Source: Tubiluchus corallicola (Eukaryota; Animalia; Priapulida). From it: a stretch of 64,000 nucleotides of DNA. Under the pieces are notes generated by a model. That model was not told the DNA's origin, made no database searches, and was given only the letters and a program-made list of their open reading frames with translations. Where the stretch lies: contig JAQGDQ010000167.1 of assembly GCA_030141605.1 (NCBI GenBank), positions 149,877-213,876 on the forward strand. The letters run 5' to 3'. Positions 38,657-52,700 of the stretch are shown one piece after another (the stretch's first letter is position 1; each line of letters opens with the position of its first letter). A program made the position numbers and the translations under genes.

Positions 38657-41600
38657 CGATGATAATGATGGTGATAATGATGATGTCAGTGATGATGATG
38701 AGGATAAGGCCTTGGTCTACCCGTGCCTGAAGCCAACATGCCATTATTTCATTAACTGTGTGGCAAAAAGCATACTTCTGTACACTAAGGTCCACATCAT
38801 TGTTACATTACTGATTTTGTTCACTTACTTTAATACTCTGATGTATTCTGTAATCCAACCATCACAAGTATGGACGTGATACTGTGATGTATTCTGTGTC
38901 ACAACCATCACAAATATGTTGGTGATACTCTGGTGTATTTTGTATCACAACCACCACAAGTATGGTCATGATACTCTGATATATTCTGTATCACAACTAT
39001 CACAAATATAGTCGTGATACTCTGATGTATACTGTAATCCAACCATCACAAGTATGGACGTGATACTGTGATGTATTCTGTAATCCAACCATCACAAGTA
39101 TGGTCGTGATATTCTGATGTATTCTGTATCACAACCATCACAAGTCTGGTCGTGACACTGTGATGTATTCTGTATCACAACCATCACTAATGTAGTCGTG
39201 ATTTACTAACGTGAAGATTCATTCCATTTGGAAAAGTCCTGCTTCACCGTCTCTTATTCCTATCCGGCGTGCTTCTGTATCCCACATCACGATCGTACAC
39301 ATAGAAATCAAATTCTAACTAACGTGCATGATTCTCTAAGGGATGGCTTTGTCACAGTTTCTCATAATTTTCGCTTCGGAGCGCAAAACTGCTGACGAAT
39401 TGATGGCTTTTTGTAATACTGCGCGCTTCTTCCCGATATTAAGAGCGTCCAGCGAGAAGATTTTGGCTTTGTTAGGAATTCTCTAGCTAAAGTTAGAGCA
39501 CATGAGTTGTCAGCCATCTCTTCCTTTCTTCATAATGCAAGTCGTTAGCTGCTAGGTTCGTTTTTATTGAAAAATAAACGTGCTATTTGGCATACAAATT
39601 CAGTCAAAGTGAGAGCCATCCGCTTATTATGTTATTACGTAATTTAAGATAACATACCAAAAGCAAATTTTATGAATTATGAACTTCATTGTAATATTAT
39701 TCTACTAACCCATGTTTTTAGTGTGTAGAAATACTAACTAGGGGCTCCGTAAGTTATTTTCAGTACAAGATTTTATGCGGTTACTGTGCAATAGTCAACT
39801 GTAATATCTTGTTAATTACTTTGTTAAAATCAGGTAAACCCAATAATTTTGTGATGTTGTATTATGTTATAAAACGCTGGCAGTCCCAGCACTTTTATTG
39901 TAAATAAATTTGCGTTCTTACAAAGTGCAAATAAATCAACTAAACTAAACTAAAATAAACCAAACTAATTAATTTATTTATTTATTAACAGATGCCAGTA
40001 TCAATGAAAGTTATATCTTGCAAAATGTGATTATTTTAAACCGGCACGAAACCGTCTGAATAAACACTGGCGTAACCGTCTTACCATGAATAGGATACAG
40101 ATGATGCATTTTTTTCTTTCTAAGGCGTAAATAGTTCAGCTCATACCAGTGATACATCTTTCTTGCAAGATAGCACTAATAATTAATGCAAAGGTTGTTG
40201 TGTATTGAGCGGCCTTGTTTTATATGGCTTTGTTCAATGCTCAGCAGGGGGTTCGGGGGTCCCTGCGCACGACTGGCTGCCACGAGTTTTGGCTTCTTTC
40301 TCCGAGGATTCGAGGAGAAGAATTGTAGATGGTACCAAGGCTACTTTTCAAAAGTGCTTAGTGCCAGTTTTCGTGCTGACGCAAAAACAATGGGAAAATT
40401 AATTCACACAATTGCCTTTGTCTGATGACTGTAGCAACTTTTGTGTCATTTCTTAGCTGCATTGCATTGATCATCTTCTGATGTTTTGGCATCTTTTGTT
40501 CACATGCTTTAGGAATTCTGCGATTTTTGCAGTACTTCCAAAGTATACCAAAGATTGTTTAAGTCTTGAACATTAAGAAATGTAAAGAAGCCATTGTTGG
40601 TGACAGCACAGACCTGCAATAACCTACCATTTACCTTAATTTCTCCACCAAGTCCATTGTAGAGCTCATTTTGTCCCACGTGGTATGATTGGGCGTGCTA
40701 GCAAGGATCATTGTGTTGAACTTAAGCCTACTTTGTTCTTCTTGTGCAGACCTAGCAATTAGCTCTTCAATACACCTTAGGTGGATTTTAAATTAAACTG
40801 GTCTTGGATTTCTTCGGGGAAGTGCTCACATTTTCTGCTGACAATCGATGAGTGACATTTTATAATCGTGAACTCTCGGAGCCACTGGCAATTGATGGAA
40901 CCGATGTGTAGTAGGGCGTTATTTAATGATTTTTCTGCGATATGGATTTAATTCTGATGTCAGTCGTTGAGATGTGCTTTCAAGTGTTAGGTCATTGAAA
41001 CAGTTAACTAGCTACCCTCATTCGAGCAGTCTAACTTCTGGACTAAATTTTTTTCTGGATGAAAGGATTCAAAGGAAAGAGTCATGTAGATCTTGATAAT
41101 GCCACATATGTTACAGTTGTAAATGGCTGCCTTTCACGTTTGGTCAAACTGCATTGTGTGTTAAACTGGTTCACCTAGTCATTAAATTGGTTCACCAAGT
41201 ATTACCTCTTCATTACTTCATGTACCTCGTAACAGAAATGGAAAAATTTAGTTACTCACAATCTTAATTTCAAGACTATTATTAATAATGGAATAAACGC
41301 ACAATTAAATTTTAAACCCAAACACGTCTGAAAGTAAATTTGAAAAAAATAAGCACAGGACCTGGATTTGAACCAAGAACCTCACGCTATGAGGTTAATG
41401 ATATGACCATTAGACTACTCTAGCAGTAGAGTTGTTGGTTCAAATCCAGACTGCAACATTTTCTCTTTTCTTTCTTTTGCACAAATTTGATCTCAGAATT
41501 CAATAATTGTGGGTTTAAATTCCCTCGTGTAGAAACTTTACATTCATACGGTTTTAAAGGGTTGTTTCCATTGTCTTTCAGTTGGATAATGCTGATGAAC

Positions 41601-44600
41601 AAGCTGCTGCCATCAGGAGAGAACTGGATGGTCGCATGCAGACCGTAGAAGCTCTCATAAAGGCAAGGACTTTTTAATCATTGCTTCTAATTATCCATGT
41701 TGACGGTAGTCGCATCTGTGTGTTTGTGTGTCTGACCGTATGAATAAAAATATGTGAAACAATAATCACCCAACTTGGCACAGGGATCTGTGTAAGACCT
41801 GAAAATCATTGCTTTTGGTTCAAAATGTCAAAGGACAAGGTCACCAGATCAAAAAATGTCTGTAAAATCAAAACGGATAGAAGCTACTATCACTAAACTT
41901 GGAATAGATTGAGCAAGATAAGGAAACATATTAGTTTTGAGTTCAAAAGGTCACAAGGCAAGGATGCAAAAATGGCAAATTATTTTTTGTTTATGCTGTG
42001 ATATTTATAAAACGTGTTAAGATGTCTAGTGAGACAATGACTGTACCAAAGTTTATTAATGCAGATAGACTTTTTGGAGGGCACTCAGTGCTTGCTTCAT
42101 TTTGGATGAAGTGGCTAGATTATATAAAAAAGTTAATGTATTTTTTCAGAAGCTAATTTCTTTAATGTCCTGTCTCCCATGTTACTATTCAGTACATTGT
42201 ACTATGTTAGCTGTTGTACCAACAGTTTTACACTTGTGTGTTCTCACAATTCGCTGAAAAACATTCCTGCTGTTGTATGTGATACCTCTTTAATCTATTA
42301 ACCATTTTCAATTTGGTTTGTTGCATTTTTAAATGCATTGATGTGCACATAATATCATTTGATTGTTTCAGAATCGTAAACTAATGCCAAAGTTTGTGCT
42401 TCAACGAGAAATGGAGAGCCTGTATATAGAAGAGCTGCGTTCTTCCATAAATCTACTCATGGCCAACCTCGAGTCGTTACCCGTTTCTAAGGGCAACACG
42501 GACTCCTCCAAGTACTCTTTTCAAAACCGCATAAAAAAGTCCTATCATAGGTATAGAGCATAACTTTGAGCACCTTAAGTTTTTTGCATATTTTCAACTT
42601 GCATTTTGCAGTTAAGCAACATTCGGCTTGGTCAGCAAATGGATGAGTGACCAATTGAAAGAGCCTATTCACTTTACTGAGAGAGCGAGAGAGAGAGAGC
42701 ATGGCTAAGATACCTCTGCCAGTTCATTATCTTATTTTGCGGGATTTTTATATTATAACAGTATACCAGAGAAGAATTGGGTGTTTTCATATGCACAAAG
42801 CTCATTAATAGTTTAGGTTTTGTTTCCGACTTACCTGAATTGATTTGATACATAATAACATGTACAAAAATCTTTACTACAGTGCTAAATATATACAAAA
42901 AACGTACAAAAAATACGGAACTCTTTTTTATGTAAGTATTCCTAAATCTGTACAAAAAATTCAGAAATAATTTTGTGTAAGTATGTTTTAAAAGCCATTT
43001 GTGATTCTATCATTTTGTCGTCGTTTCTAGGACTCAAAACGTTCACGTTGGCATCGCGAGTCGGGGAAGCGACTCACAGGAGGAGAACGAGACACAGCAA
43101 CTCTCCAAGCTAGATGTCGTACTGTCTTTCACTCTAGAGGCACGTAGTTTATAACATCTGAATGTTCATTAATGTGCTTGCAAATGACTTTTCCATGTCA
43201 TGTTTATGCTCTTCCTAAGTTGCAGTGGAAATGCTAATGAAACGTCGTCGTAAAGCTGCGTCGAGAGAGATAGCCACAGAGTAAGCTGTTTTAAGGCCAT
43301 AAAGACAGAATATATATATATCGCCATTCATTTCGGCATTTCTAAAGTCTTATAATCGTAGCAAGTTGATTATGAATGCATTGGGTGCTGCCACTAGCAG
43401 GACAAAGAAAAACATTGACTGTTTATTTCTCTATATTCACTTAAAATAACTGTTAATGGTGTGTTATGTATATACAGAGGGTTGCAAAAGAAACAGTGCA
43501 GTGAAAAAGTGACCGCGCATTGAAATGTACTTAATAAATCATAAAGAAATACTATTTAAGTATTAACCCTTTCACGGTGTAGTCGGTTCTTTTTAACTGG
43601 GCCGCATTGATTGTTGCACAACTGACCATAACTTCTTGTGGCTACTAAATAGGCATTTGTTATAAAACCCCAATATTCAATAGTAGTTTTATTTGTATGC
43701 ATGCACACGCTTGTGCGCACACTCACGTGTGCACGTGCACGCTCATGCAAATAAGTATGTACTTATATTTATAAACCAATTTTCACAAAATTCATAATAC
43801 TAATCCATAATATGCAATAATTTTATAAGAAATGCAGAACAAGCGACTACTCATACGTTTCACCAACCACCAACAAGTGGTTTTGCTTCAGAATGTACCA
43901 TACAGTACAGTATTGTGCAATGCACCCTGACTTCAGATGCTGATTGACTAGTTATCATTACTTGTTGCGAAGCAACCCCAATCCCAGGGCTGTTAAACTT
44001 TTCTAGTGAAAGGGTTAAGTCATTTGTTAAAAGACTGTACTGCAGTAACTTGGTTTTTGTACACAGTATGAGCATGACCACTTTCATTGTACTTTGCATG
44101 AGTTAACATTGGTATGTTTATTGCAATTGCTAAAGCATTTTTTCCTTTTGGAACACCCTGTATAACATGGAGCAAAAGCACAAAGCGTTACACCAATAAA
44201 CAAAAGCTGGGATTATTAAAAGATGTGTAGTATAGTTAGGCAGTGCTGAAATTTTTACTGAGAATAACAGCATGAACATACTACCAAGATATTCAAGCAA
44301 GATGCCAATGGAGTAAATAATATTGGTAGTTAAGCAATGCTGAAATTGTTGCTGAGAATACCAGCATGAATGTTTATTTGTCTGTTCTTAGTTATTTGTG
44401 AAAACTGCAACCTATTTTAGTTTTAACATTTTGCAGCAAAAAACTGTGTACAGATTGGTTGTTTTTCATTGCCTACTGTTTTTCAGATATGTTATACCTG
44501 GTGTTTCAAAAGTTTATCATTATTTTTTAAAATTTAATAAAATAGCAATCGTGAGAAGAACCGAGAGACAATTTGGTGCTGGATTTACGGTTCACAAGAA

Positions 44601-46724
44601 TTTTGTGAAGTAAAACTTCACAAGTCTACTGTAGTGATTTTACACTTTTATATATATATATAACATAATATATAACACATTCTTTTATCCACATAACCTT
44701 CTGCTTCAGAATTGTGTAACTTTTCAATTATAGACTAAAAAATCTCAACAATTGAGATTGCCATAAAATGAATGCCATTGGTCGATTAGGTAGGTGCAAA
44801 GAAAATTGGAAGGTAAATCAGTGAGAGATTTTTCAAACACCCTGTACATGTCAATATGGTCAACATCTGATAGTGGTTATTTATTGTTTGTGTATTTCAG
44901 GTGGTGGTAATGGAAGTTAAGGGTATCAAGTCTCTACAACCGAATCGAATTGTCTACTGCACCATGGAAGTGGACGGCGGAGAAAAATTACAAACTGACC
45001 AAGCCGAGGCATCCAAACCATGGTAATTATTATCGATTAGATATGCCTGGAAGGCTAGTTGTTCCTAGTGTAAAATGCTTAACTTCGCAAAATTCTTCTT
45101 TTTGTTCTGCTTTCACTCTCCTTCTTTTTCAGTGTGTTACTCTTCCCTTTTCCTCTTTCATGTATATATTCCTTTTCTGTTTGTATTTCACTCTGTTTGG
45201 TGTCGTTAATAAAGTCTAGATCACAGCTTACTTGCGTAGTTCAGAAAAAACATCTAGACAATAGCTTCTTTCACACATTTCTAAAATTCTGAACTGTTGG
45301 TGCTCAAGTGACATCTCTAAAGTGACCACAAATGAAGAGATGAAGTCAACTGCTTGGGAATGTAATATATGCAGTATGTGATATGGAAGCACCGTAGCTT
45401 ACAGCGAATGTGATAGTTGGAATAGCCCATGAAGATTAAAACAATGGTTTTCTTGGAATCGATCAAAGTTGCCTTCAGTTGCTTCAGTTGTTTTAAGTGG
45501 TTTCATAACCATAAATCTGGTTGCACGTCAGCTCGGCCAGTTGCCGTGGTAAAAATAAAAATTTCGGTAACACAGTAAGAATCTGCCTTACTGTTTCTGG
45601 TGTGCACTGTAATGTCTGTGAGAGAAAGTGTTAATTTTTCCATGTTTGTAGTTATGTGCAAGTCCAACAGTCAGTAGCCTAACGATTTTATTTTAAATTA
45701 AACTAGACAGGATTTTGTGGCTGATGTAGTTGCAGCTATAAAAGCATAAATCTCTGTTTTCATATATTAAAAGTCATCTCTACCTGGCCAACTTCATAGA
45801 GAAGTCTGGGCATTTAATAATATCATAATGGTTTATTATTGTGTACTCAGCACATTTCTCAATCACGTTTGCTGTATAATATAAGTTTATTGATACGTAC
45901 AGTGTTTGTTTCTGTCTTCAGTATAACCAGGCATGGCTTGCTTACCTAACTGCAGTTTCTGCTAGAAATTTATTGGTACAAAAATTTCATCAAGCTTAAG
46001 CAGCATTTATTTACTTTATTGCACTTAATTAAATTGTTGCTTTGAGCTTTACGAAACTTTCAAGTTGTTGCGCTTGTCGGTCGCAGTTCATGCGATCGTA
46101 AATTTACGTTAAATACTGGGGAGCAAGTTACGCTTTAATAACTACCTACTTTAACGCAGTCAGTTTAGTTATAATTACAGCTGTTTGACAGAATAATTTT
46201 TAAGTGCAGATAAGTTTGTACTGAGTGCTGATGTTGAGACCAGTTCCAACTGTAAGCTGTTAACGTTATTTGCACCTAGGTAACTCATGAACTATTTTCA
46301 TTTCTGTTAGGTTGCATGCTGCCCTTTTCTGTTCTTTGGGTTTTTTATTTGTTAACGCCGTTGCTGGTAATGTTGCTTTTGCTGTGGTTGTTGCATTGTC
46401 GGTGTCACTGTTGTTGTTGTTGTTGTTGTTGTTGTTGCTGTTACTGTTGTTGTTGTTGTTGTCGCTGTTACTGTTGTTGTTACCACCGTCATTATCGTGG
46501 TGTCTGCGGTCACCGCCACCGCCTATGCTACTTTCACGTTTCTCTGGTGGTTGTGGTCAAGTTGAATTTATTTATTTGAAGCTAAGTAACTTTAGTTAGT
46601 AGTCTTTTTCTTTATATTTGGAGTCTTTAATGCAAGACCAGGTTTGGTTAGTTTTGCAATAGTGAGCTAAACTGTGCTATATAAATTTTGTTAGTTCGTG
46701 CTTTCTAAAGCACAAGAAAACCCT

Positions 46725-46789
<65 letters not shown>

Positions 46790-49700
46790 TAAAATTCGTC
46801 TTGAAATTTTATATCACTTACATACTGCCTTTTTTACATACAGGACTTCAATCATAGTAACGTTGTATAAAACATGTAAATTTAAACTCCTGTGATGACC
46901 GTTATACGCAGAGCCATTTTGACAATAGGTCATTTGAAACAAGTTGAAGTAACATTGTGTAAAGTTTGAAAAATAATCAGAGCATTCGTGGCACACATGT
47001 TAGTAACTAAATAAAATTTTAAATTACTGTATCTTGTCAATAAGAATAAAAATAATTTTTTGGCTAGCGAGTGGCGGGTGAGTCAGCGACATTTTACCAT
47101 TTGGCACAAACATTTTAAATGATTAGTCTAGTTACATAAGTCTTTCCAGCACGTAAGTGAAATGCTAAGTAATATAGATTTGCACGGAAAGTTTTTTGGG
47201 TCATAATTTAACATTGCCTTTTCATTTCCTTATTTACATGGCATAGTGACATCATGTCATGGCGCCGTCGTAACAAATATTGCGGGAGATTTAAAATGAA
47301 AACAAAAGAAAACAAATTCCTTTCAACGCGAGTACGATATGTGCATAAAATTGCTATAAAGTAATATAAGTTTTTAAGGTGATTTTTCTGAAACCTACAT
47401 CAGGTAGCCCTTTTCTTGTCCTTTAAGCGTGTATAGGAATCAACAATTATTATCCTCAGCTTAATTGCTCTTGGGTTGCTTGAGTTTGGTTGTATTATCT
47501 ATAATCTAGTTGTATTATTTCAGCTTCCCAATGTTGCAAAAACTAATAAATTAACTTTATGTCACAAAGATGTCTGAAATTTATTGGTCATTGGAGAGCA
47601 ACATCTTTTCTCACTTGTTTTATTCTCTCGTTCCCTTTGGCATTGACATTCTTTCAGAGTCATTTGATGTGCAATGATGTCACCACGTGTCTGCCGTTCA
47701 GACTGCGTAATTTTCTCGAATATGTGCGGAGACAAAGAGGATGTGACCTCATTACCGTCACGTTGTTGATTTTGCGTTTCTGCCGCGCATCTTATTTTGT
47801 CAAAGCGGAATTAATTTGCGCAGAGAGCTAATCATCCCCGTCACAGAACGTCATCATTAAGCAAATGCGCCGGGTAAATTATACACTAGGGGGTATTATA
47901 TTATACAATGTTTGAGTGCTAATATTACACATAATAAGTTATGGTTTGCGGCACAAGCTATGGCTTGGGTTTTGTTTGCTGTCGCCGATAATCATGCGAC
48001 TGGGGATTAATTTCAACTCCACGTTGTAGAGACACGTCGGAGATATGAATTTATTGAGTGTTTAGTGAGAAAAACAAACAGCTAGTGGACGAATGAGCGA
48101 GAAAAATGATGGGATCTAGGAGTGTTAGTGTAAAAGTAATGATTGATTTGTGGCTAGGTTTTTAGTAATTGAACAATAAAGTTATGAATTGTTTATGTTG
48201 ATAATGTGTAGTGAGTACCTTGCCAAATAATGAGGTTGACTACAAGAGGGGAAGTTTAGCAGGGACATATTAACCAATAGGTTAACTAAACGTTCATGTA
48301 AAGGCACATTTTATAACACACCACAAGCAGTTACTCAGCTCAGCTTTTATATAAGTACCACATGACGTACTTGTGCAGGGTGTTACTAAGCGTTATACAA
48401 ATACATGCAATTAATAATTGACACCTTGAAACTAGGTTAATAGTGTTTATAATACACCACAAGTAACTGTTTAGTAAACTCATTATACAAATTCGCAATA
48501 GAGGTGGGTGGGACAGAGCTATCAGCCCACGGTGTCCTAAAGTTTGATACACCCCTGAAGGTTATGTCCTTTTGTTGTTGCTTTTTTGGTCATGCCTGGG
48601 CAATGCAGCAGTACGAGAAGACATGTTTGGGGCAAAATGCCATGTTGGACTAAACTGATATCATTAATAACAGTTCTTTATTAATCAAGTACGAGCTTTC
48701 TTAATACCATGAAGATTATTTCATTTAGCTTTTAAACTGGTGGCTACTTTCATGTTAATAAGCCCATTGTCCAGTGGATACTTTGAACTTATCCCTCCTA
48801 CAGGAGAGCGTAAGTTCTAACTAAACAGATTGCCTTTTAACTTTGATTTTAATTCCCTAGAACATTTTCAGGAAAACGGCTACTACAAAACAAGCTTATT
48901 GCTGCTATTCTTTGATGATTTTTTATGTTTCTATTCAATCGTGTTTATTTTTTTCAGTTGGGACACGCAGGGAGATTTCACGACAACACATCCGTTACCC
49001 TTCGTTAAGGTCAAACTCTATACGGAAAGTTCGGGCATGCTCAGTATAGATGATAAAGAATTAGGAAAGGTAAGATGGAATGAATTCACTAGATCTTTCT
49101 TGGATGAAATGTGAAAAATGCTGATTTGAACCAGGGATGTTTGGATTAGAAGTACAAGATAAAAGCGTTAAGCATAAAAATGATCTACATGATACACAAC
49201 TGGCAGGAAAATTGGAATAATGACATAAAAATACGTTAATGTCAATGCAGAAGTTCTTTATTTCTTTTCGAGCACCCTGTACAGTACCATGACTATTACA
49301 CTAGGAAAGATATGAGTATCAAAAACTGCAAATGTAATACGCAGTATTTCTATACATAGCACATTTCCAACTTTATATTACAGGTAAGTATATTGTGTTT
49401 ACAAAGTTCTGCTGTAAATCTTTTTGTACAAATTTGTGATCTTGTAAACTCATGGCAACAGTTAGACTGTCTCTTATACGTTCTTAGGTGGTGATCAAAC
49501 CCAACCCGATGGACCCTAAAGTGCCACAGTGGCACAAGATGCAGGTTCCCAAGAATGCTCCGGATCAGGACCTGCGCATAAAGATTGTGGTGAAGATGGA
49601 CAAACCGCAAAATATGAAGCATTGTGGGTAAGCTAGCTGCCATTGTTTTTTTCACATATTCTGTATTTAACGTGCATGCAATAACACTTTTCAGTGACTG

Positions 49701-52700
49701 AACTATATGGTCTTTCAAAAATCGCTCATTATTTCTAAAAATTGATCCAAAAGCAATAGTAACTACAACAGAAATCAAAGGACAATTTGCTTGCTGAGAA
49801 TAAGAAAAATTTCGCAAATTTTAATGGCATCAGACATGCTTCATAAGTCTACTACAGCAATTTTCACTTACACCTGTGCCGTGCTCTTTCCTTTCCATTT
49901 CCTATTGCTTGAGCGTCAGCATTTCAGCAGAATCACAAAACTTCAAATTTAGACTCAATAAATTCCTAGTTATATATATATATATAACTATATATATATA
50001 TATATATACATTTAAATTCTAAATGTACTAACACTAACAATTCAATCTAAATAACAATACTAGCACAGTGGCTTTAGCATTACAATTATCAGTCCTTACC
50101 AGTGCAGCCATCTCCATTTTGTTTTCTATCACTCTCATAATCTAGCAAGCATTTGTATGAAAAACTTCCTTGAGTTTTCTAGAACTTGTCGTGGTCATAG
50201 AATAGCAAAAGCTGAAAGTGCCCCTTTATTAAGTATGTAAAAAATCTTTTGAGTTTGCAGTTTGAATTCTAAACAAAACAAAGATTATTTTTGAGGTTTA
50301 AAGATTTATTTTTTATTTTTTTATTACAATGTTTATCAATAAAGTTATAAGTTATCCGATGGGAAAATAATTGGTAGCATAACAGATGTCATTTTCTTCA
50401 TGAGTCAAAACACAGTCAGATTTTGTGAGTGTGTTTCTGGTCATTAGTGTAATGCTTATGAATTCTTCTTCAGTGACTAATGTATTTTTTTAACTGATAT
50501 AGTATGCTAGCATTTAAACACAAGTTGATGGTTTAGGTTCACAGCTTTTTTATACATAATCAGTTTTATTTAATCATTACTTTGTCATACCTGTGTGGAT
50601 TAGAGATCTAAAAATATTCTCAAAACATTCTGAAAATGTGAAGGATAATATTTTTAATGCCATGAACTACTAGTTTCAGTGTAACGTATTTTAGAATTTG
50701 AAATTGACCAATGAATGAGTTGAAATCAAATTTGCAATGATGGGAGCTGTTATAAGATTTGTGTAAGTACGTCCATTCGTGAAAACTTGCAACACGAAAC
50801 TGAATTTGCACCGTTATCAAATCTATTTCGGCTGCTGTGATCTCTTATCTGTAATTTGTTCTGTTGAAAACAGCAGTCCAGACGAATGCGGTAAAATTGC
50901 ATTCTATTGGCAGATAAACATGTAAACTGAAATAGCCGGGCCTGAATCTAAAGCAGGCATTTTTATTAAAATGTTTTTGCCAAATGAGCTGTTTTATGTA
51001 TAATAAACTTGTCTTGGTGAAGTAGAAACAACTAGCGCTATTTACTGTTGTGACATTTCTAACTGTATATTAATAATGAAGCTGAAAAATATTGCATAAT
51101 TATTTCCACCCCCGATTCTATCTCCCGTTTGCATTCCTGAATGGTATTTCATCCCTAAACTAGTACTGGGCTAGTACTGTCATCGACTCCTGTTTTAGGC
51201 TAGTAGTTTACTGAACAGACTGGGTGATTAGGTACTTTGGAATGCTCTTTTCTATTGATAATAAGTAGCACAGTGTGTATTTTTCGAGCATATTCATTTA
51301 CTGATACATTTGAATAATTTTGCAATCGAATAAGAGCAGGATTAAGGCTTGGGGTTGTAACATAAAAACCTTGCCATCTTAACCATTGAACCGCTGAGGT
51401 GGGATAAAGATTCAGAGATAAACAATAAAATCAGCGAGCACTTTGTAACGGCACTGCCATTAGGCTTTACACTTGTCAAAGTGACAGTTTAAATTCAGTT
51501 ATTTTTGGGTGAAACTAATCTACTGAACAGAGTGCATTATCAGTTTGCATTCCATTTATAGGTACCTGTACGCCCAGGGAAAAACAGTATGGAAGAAATG
51601 GAAAAAGCGGTACTTTGTGCTCGTGCAGATATCACAGTACACGTTTGCCATGTGTAGCTACCGCGAGAAGAAATCTGAACCACAAGAACTCATGCAACTT
51701 GATGGGTTTACAGTGGACTACAGTGATCCTGCACCAGGTGATTATATGCCTGTTTAAAGAGGCGTTAGTCTGTCGTGCTTGTTGTGTTATAGTGCAGTAT
51801 TCATAACAGTGATATCACCATGTACTAAAGTGGTACGCTTAGTACCAGTTACACACCTCAAACTTGCTGTCGAGTGACAGAAGTGAAAAGTTTTGCAAAG
51901 TTTACTTTTGTCGCATTTTAATTTTCATATCCGATGGATTGTCTAGGCTCGTGATCAATTATGATCTTGAGTCATTCATGCGAACTTATTTGAGTCAGAA
52001 AATGTCAATTAGTTTGACCTTTTGACTATGAGAAAACAAGCGTGAAACATTTCAACACTCAATAAGTCACCTGTATAAGTTACGTGTGCTCGTAAACAAA
52101 CAAGAAAACAATAAGAAAACATACAAACAGACATTTTCAGACTTTTTTTATACATAGATTTAGAGGGAGGACGATTCTTCTTCAATGCTGTCAAGGAAGG
52201 CGATAATGTGGCATTCGCATGCGACGAGGAGTCGGACCGTCACTTGTGGGTGCAGGCCATGTACCGCGCCACTGGGCAGTCCCACAAACCAGTACCACCC
52301 ACTCCGCAACCCGCTGTCGGTAAAGCAGCACAAGCAGCTGCCAACTCGCAAATAGCTCGTTTACAAGGAGGTAAAATTTTTGCTTTTCCACAATGCTTGA
52401 TTACGTTTGTGTAGGATGATCTTTTATTCCACAGTTTGTAGCAATTGCTGAAATCTTCATAGTAAAATGTTTTTTGACTAGATTCGTTTTATTTGCTAAA
52501 GCAGCAGTTTTATTAGATCAACATAAAGGTTTAGATTTTAAGACAAAAGTAAAAACATAGCCAGATCTTTTTAATCAAAAATTTGTGAAATCAGTTAGTT
52601 GCTAGGAAGACAGTAAGCAAGCAAGCAATTTATTGTCATTATAGCATAATATAGCATAATACATACTGTGAAATTTATGTGGCTTTACGTACACATTTAT

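Noticed and set aside
38833-39201. Regular 46-bp repeats resembling a CRISPR array
   Set aside because: Units are contiguous with no unique spacers, there are no cas genes, and the context is a eukaryotic intron; it is a minisatellite.
40400-41000. Possible transposase remnant or nested gene in CAPS intron 1
   Set aside because: Fragmentary frames with stops and no motif I can assign confidently without a search.
41355-41450. tRNA gene
   Set aside because: Only a degenerate head and B-box; no cloverleaf or terminator.
45922-45930. Possible 9-nt microexon tataaccag with GC donor
   Set aside because: It would interrupt the conserved C2 KP-x-W motif, and the donor is very weak.
46312-46599. 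Poly-Leu and poly-Cys ORFs
   Set aside because: Translations of the (GTT)n tract; no splice or homology support.
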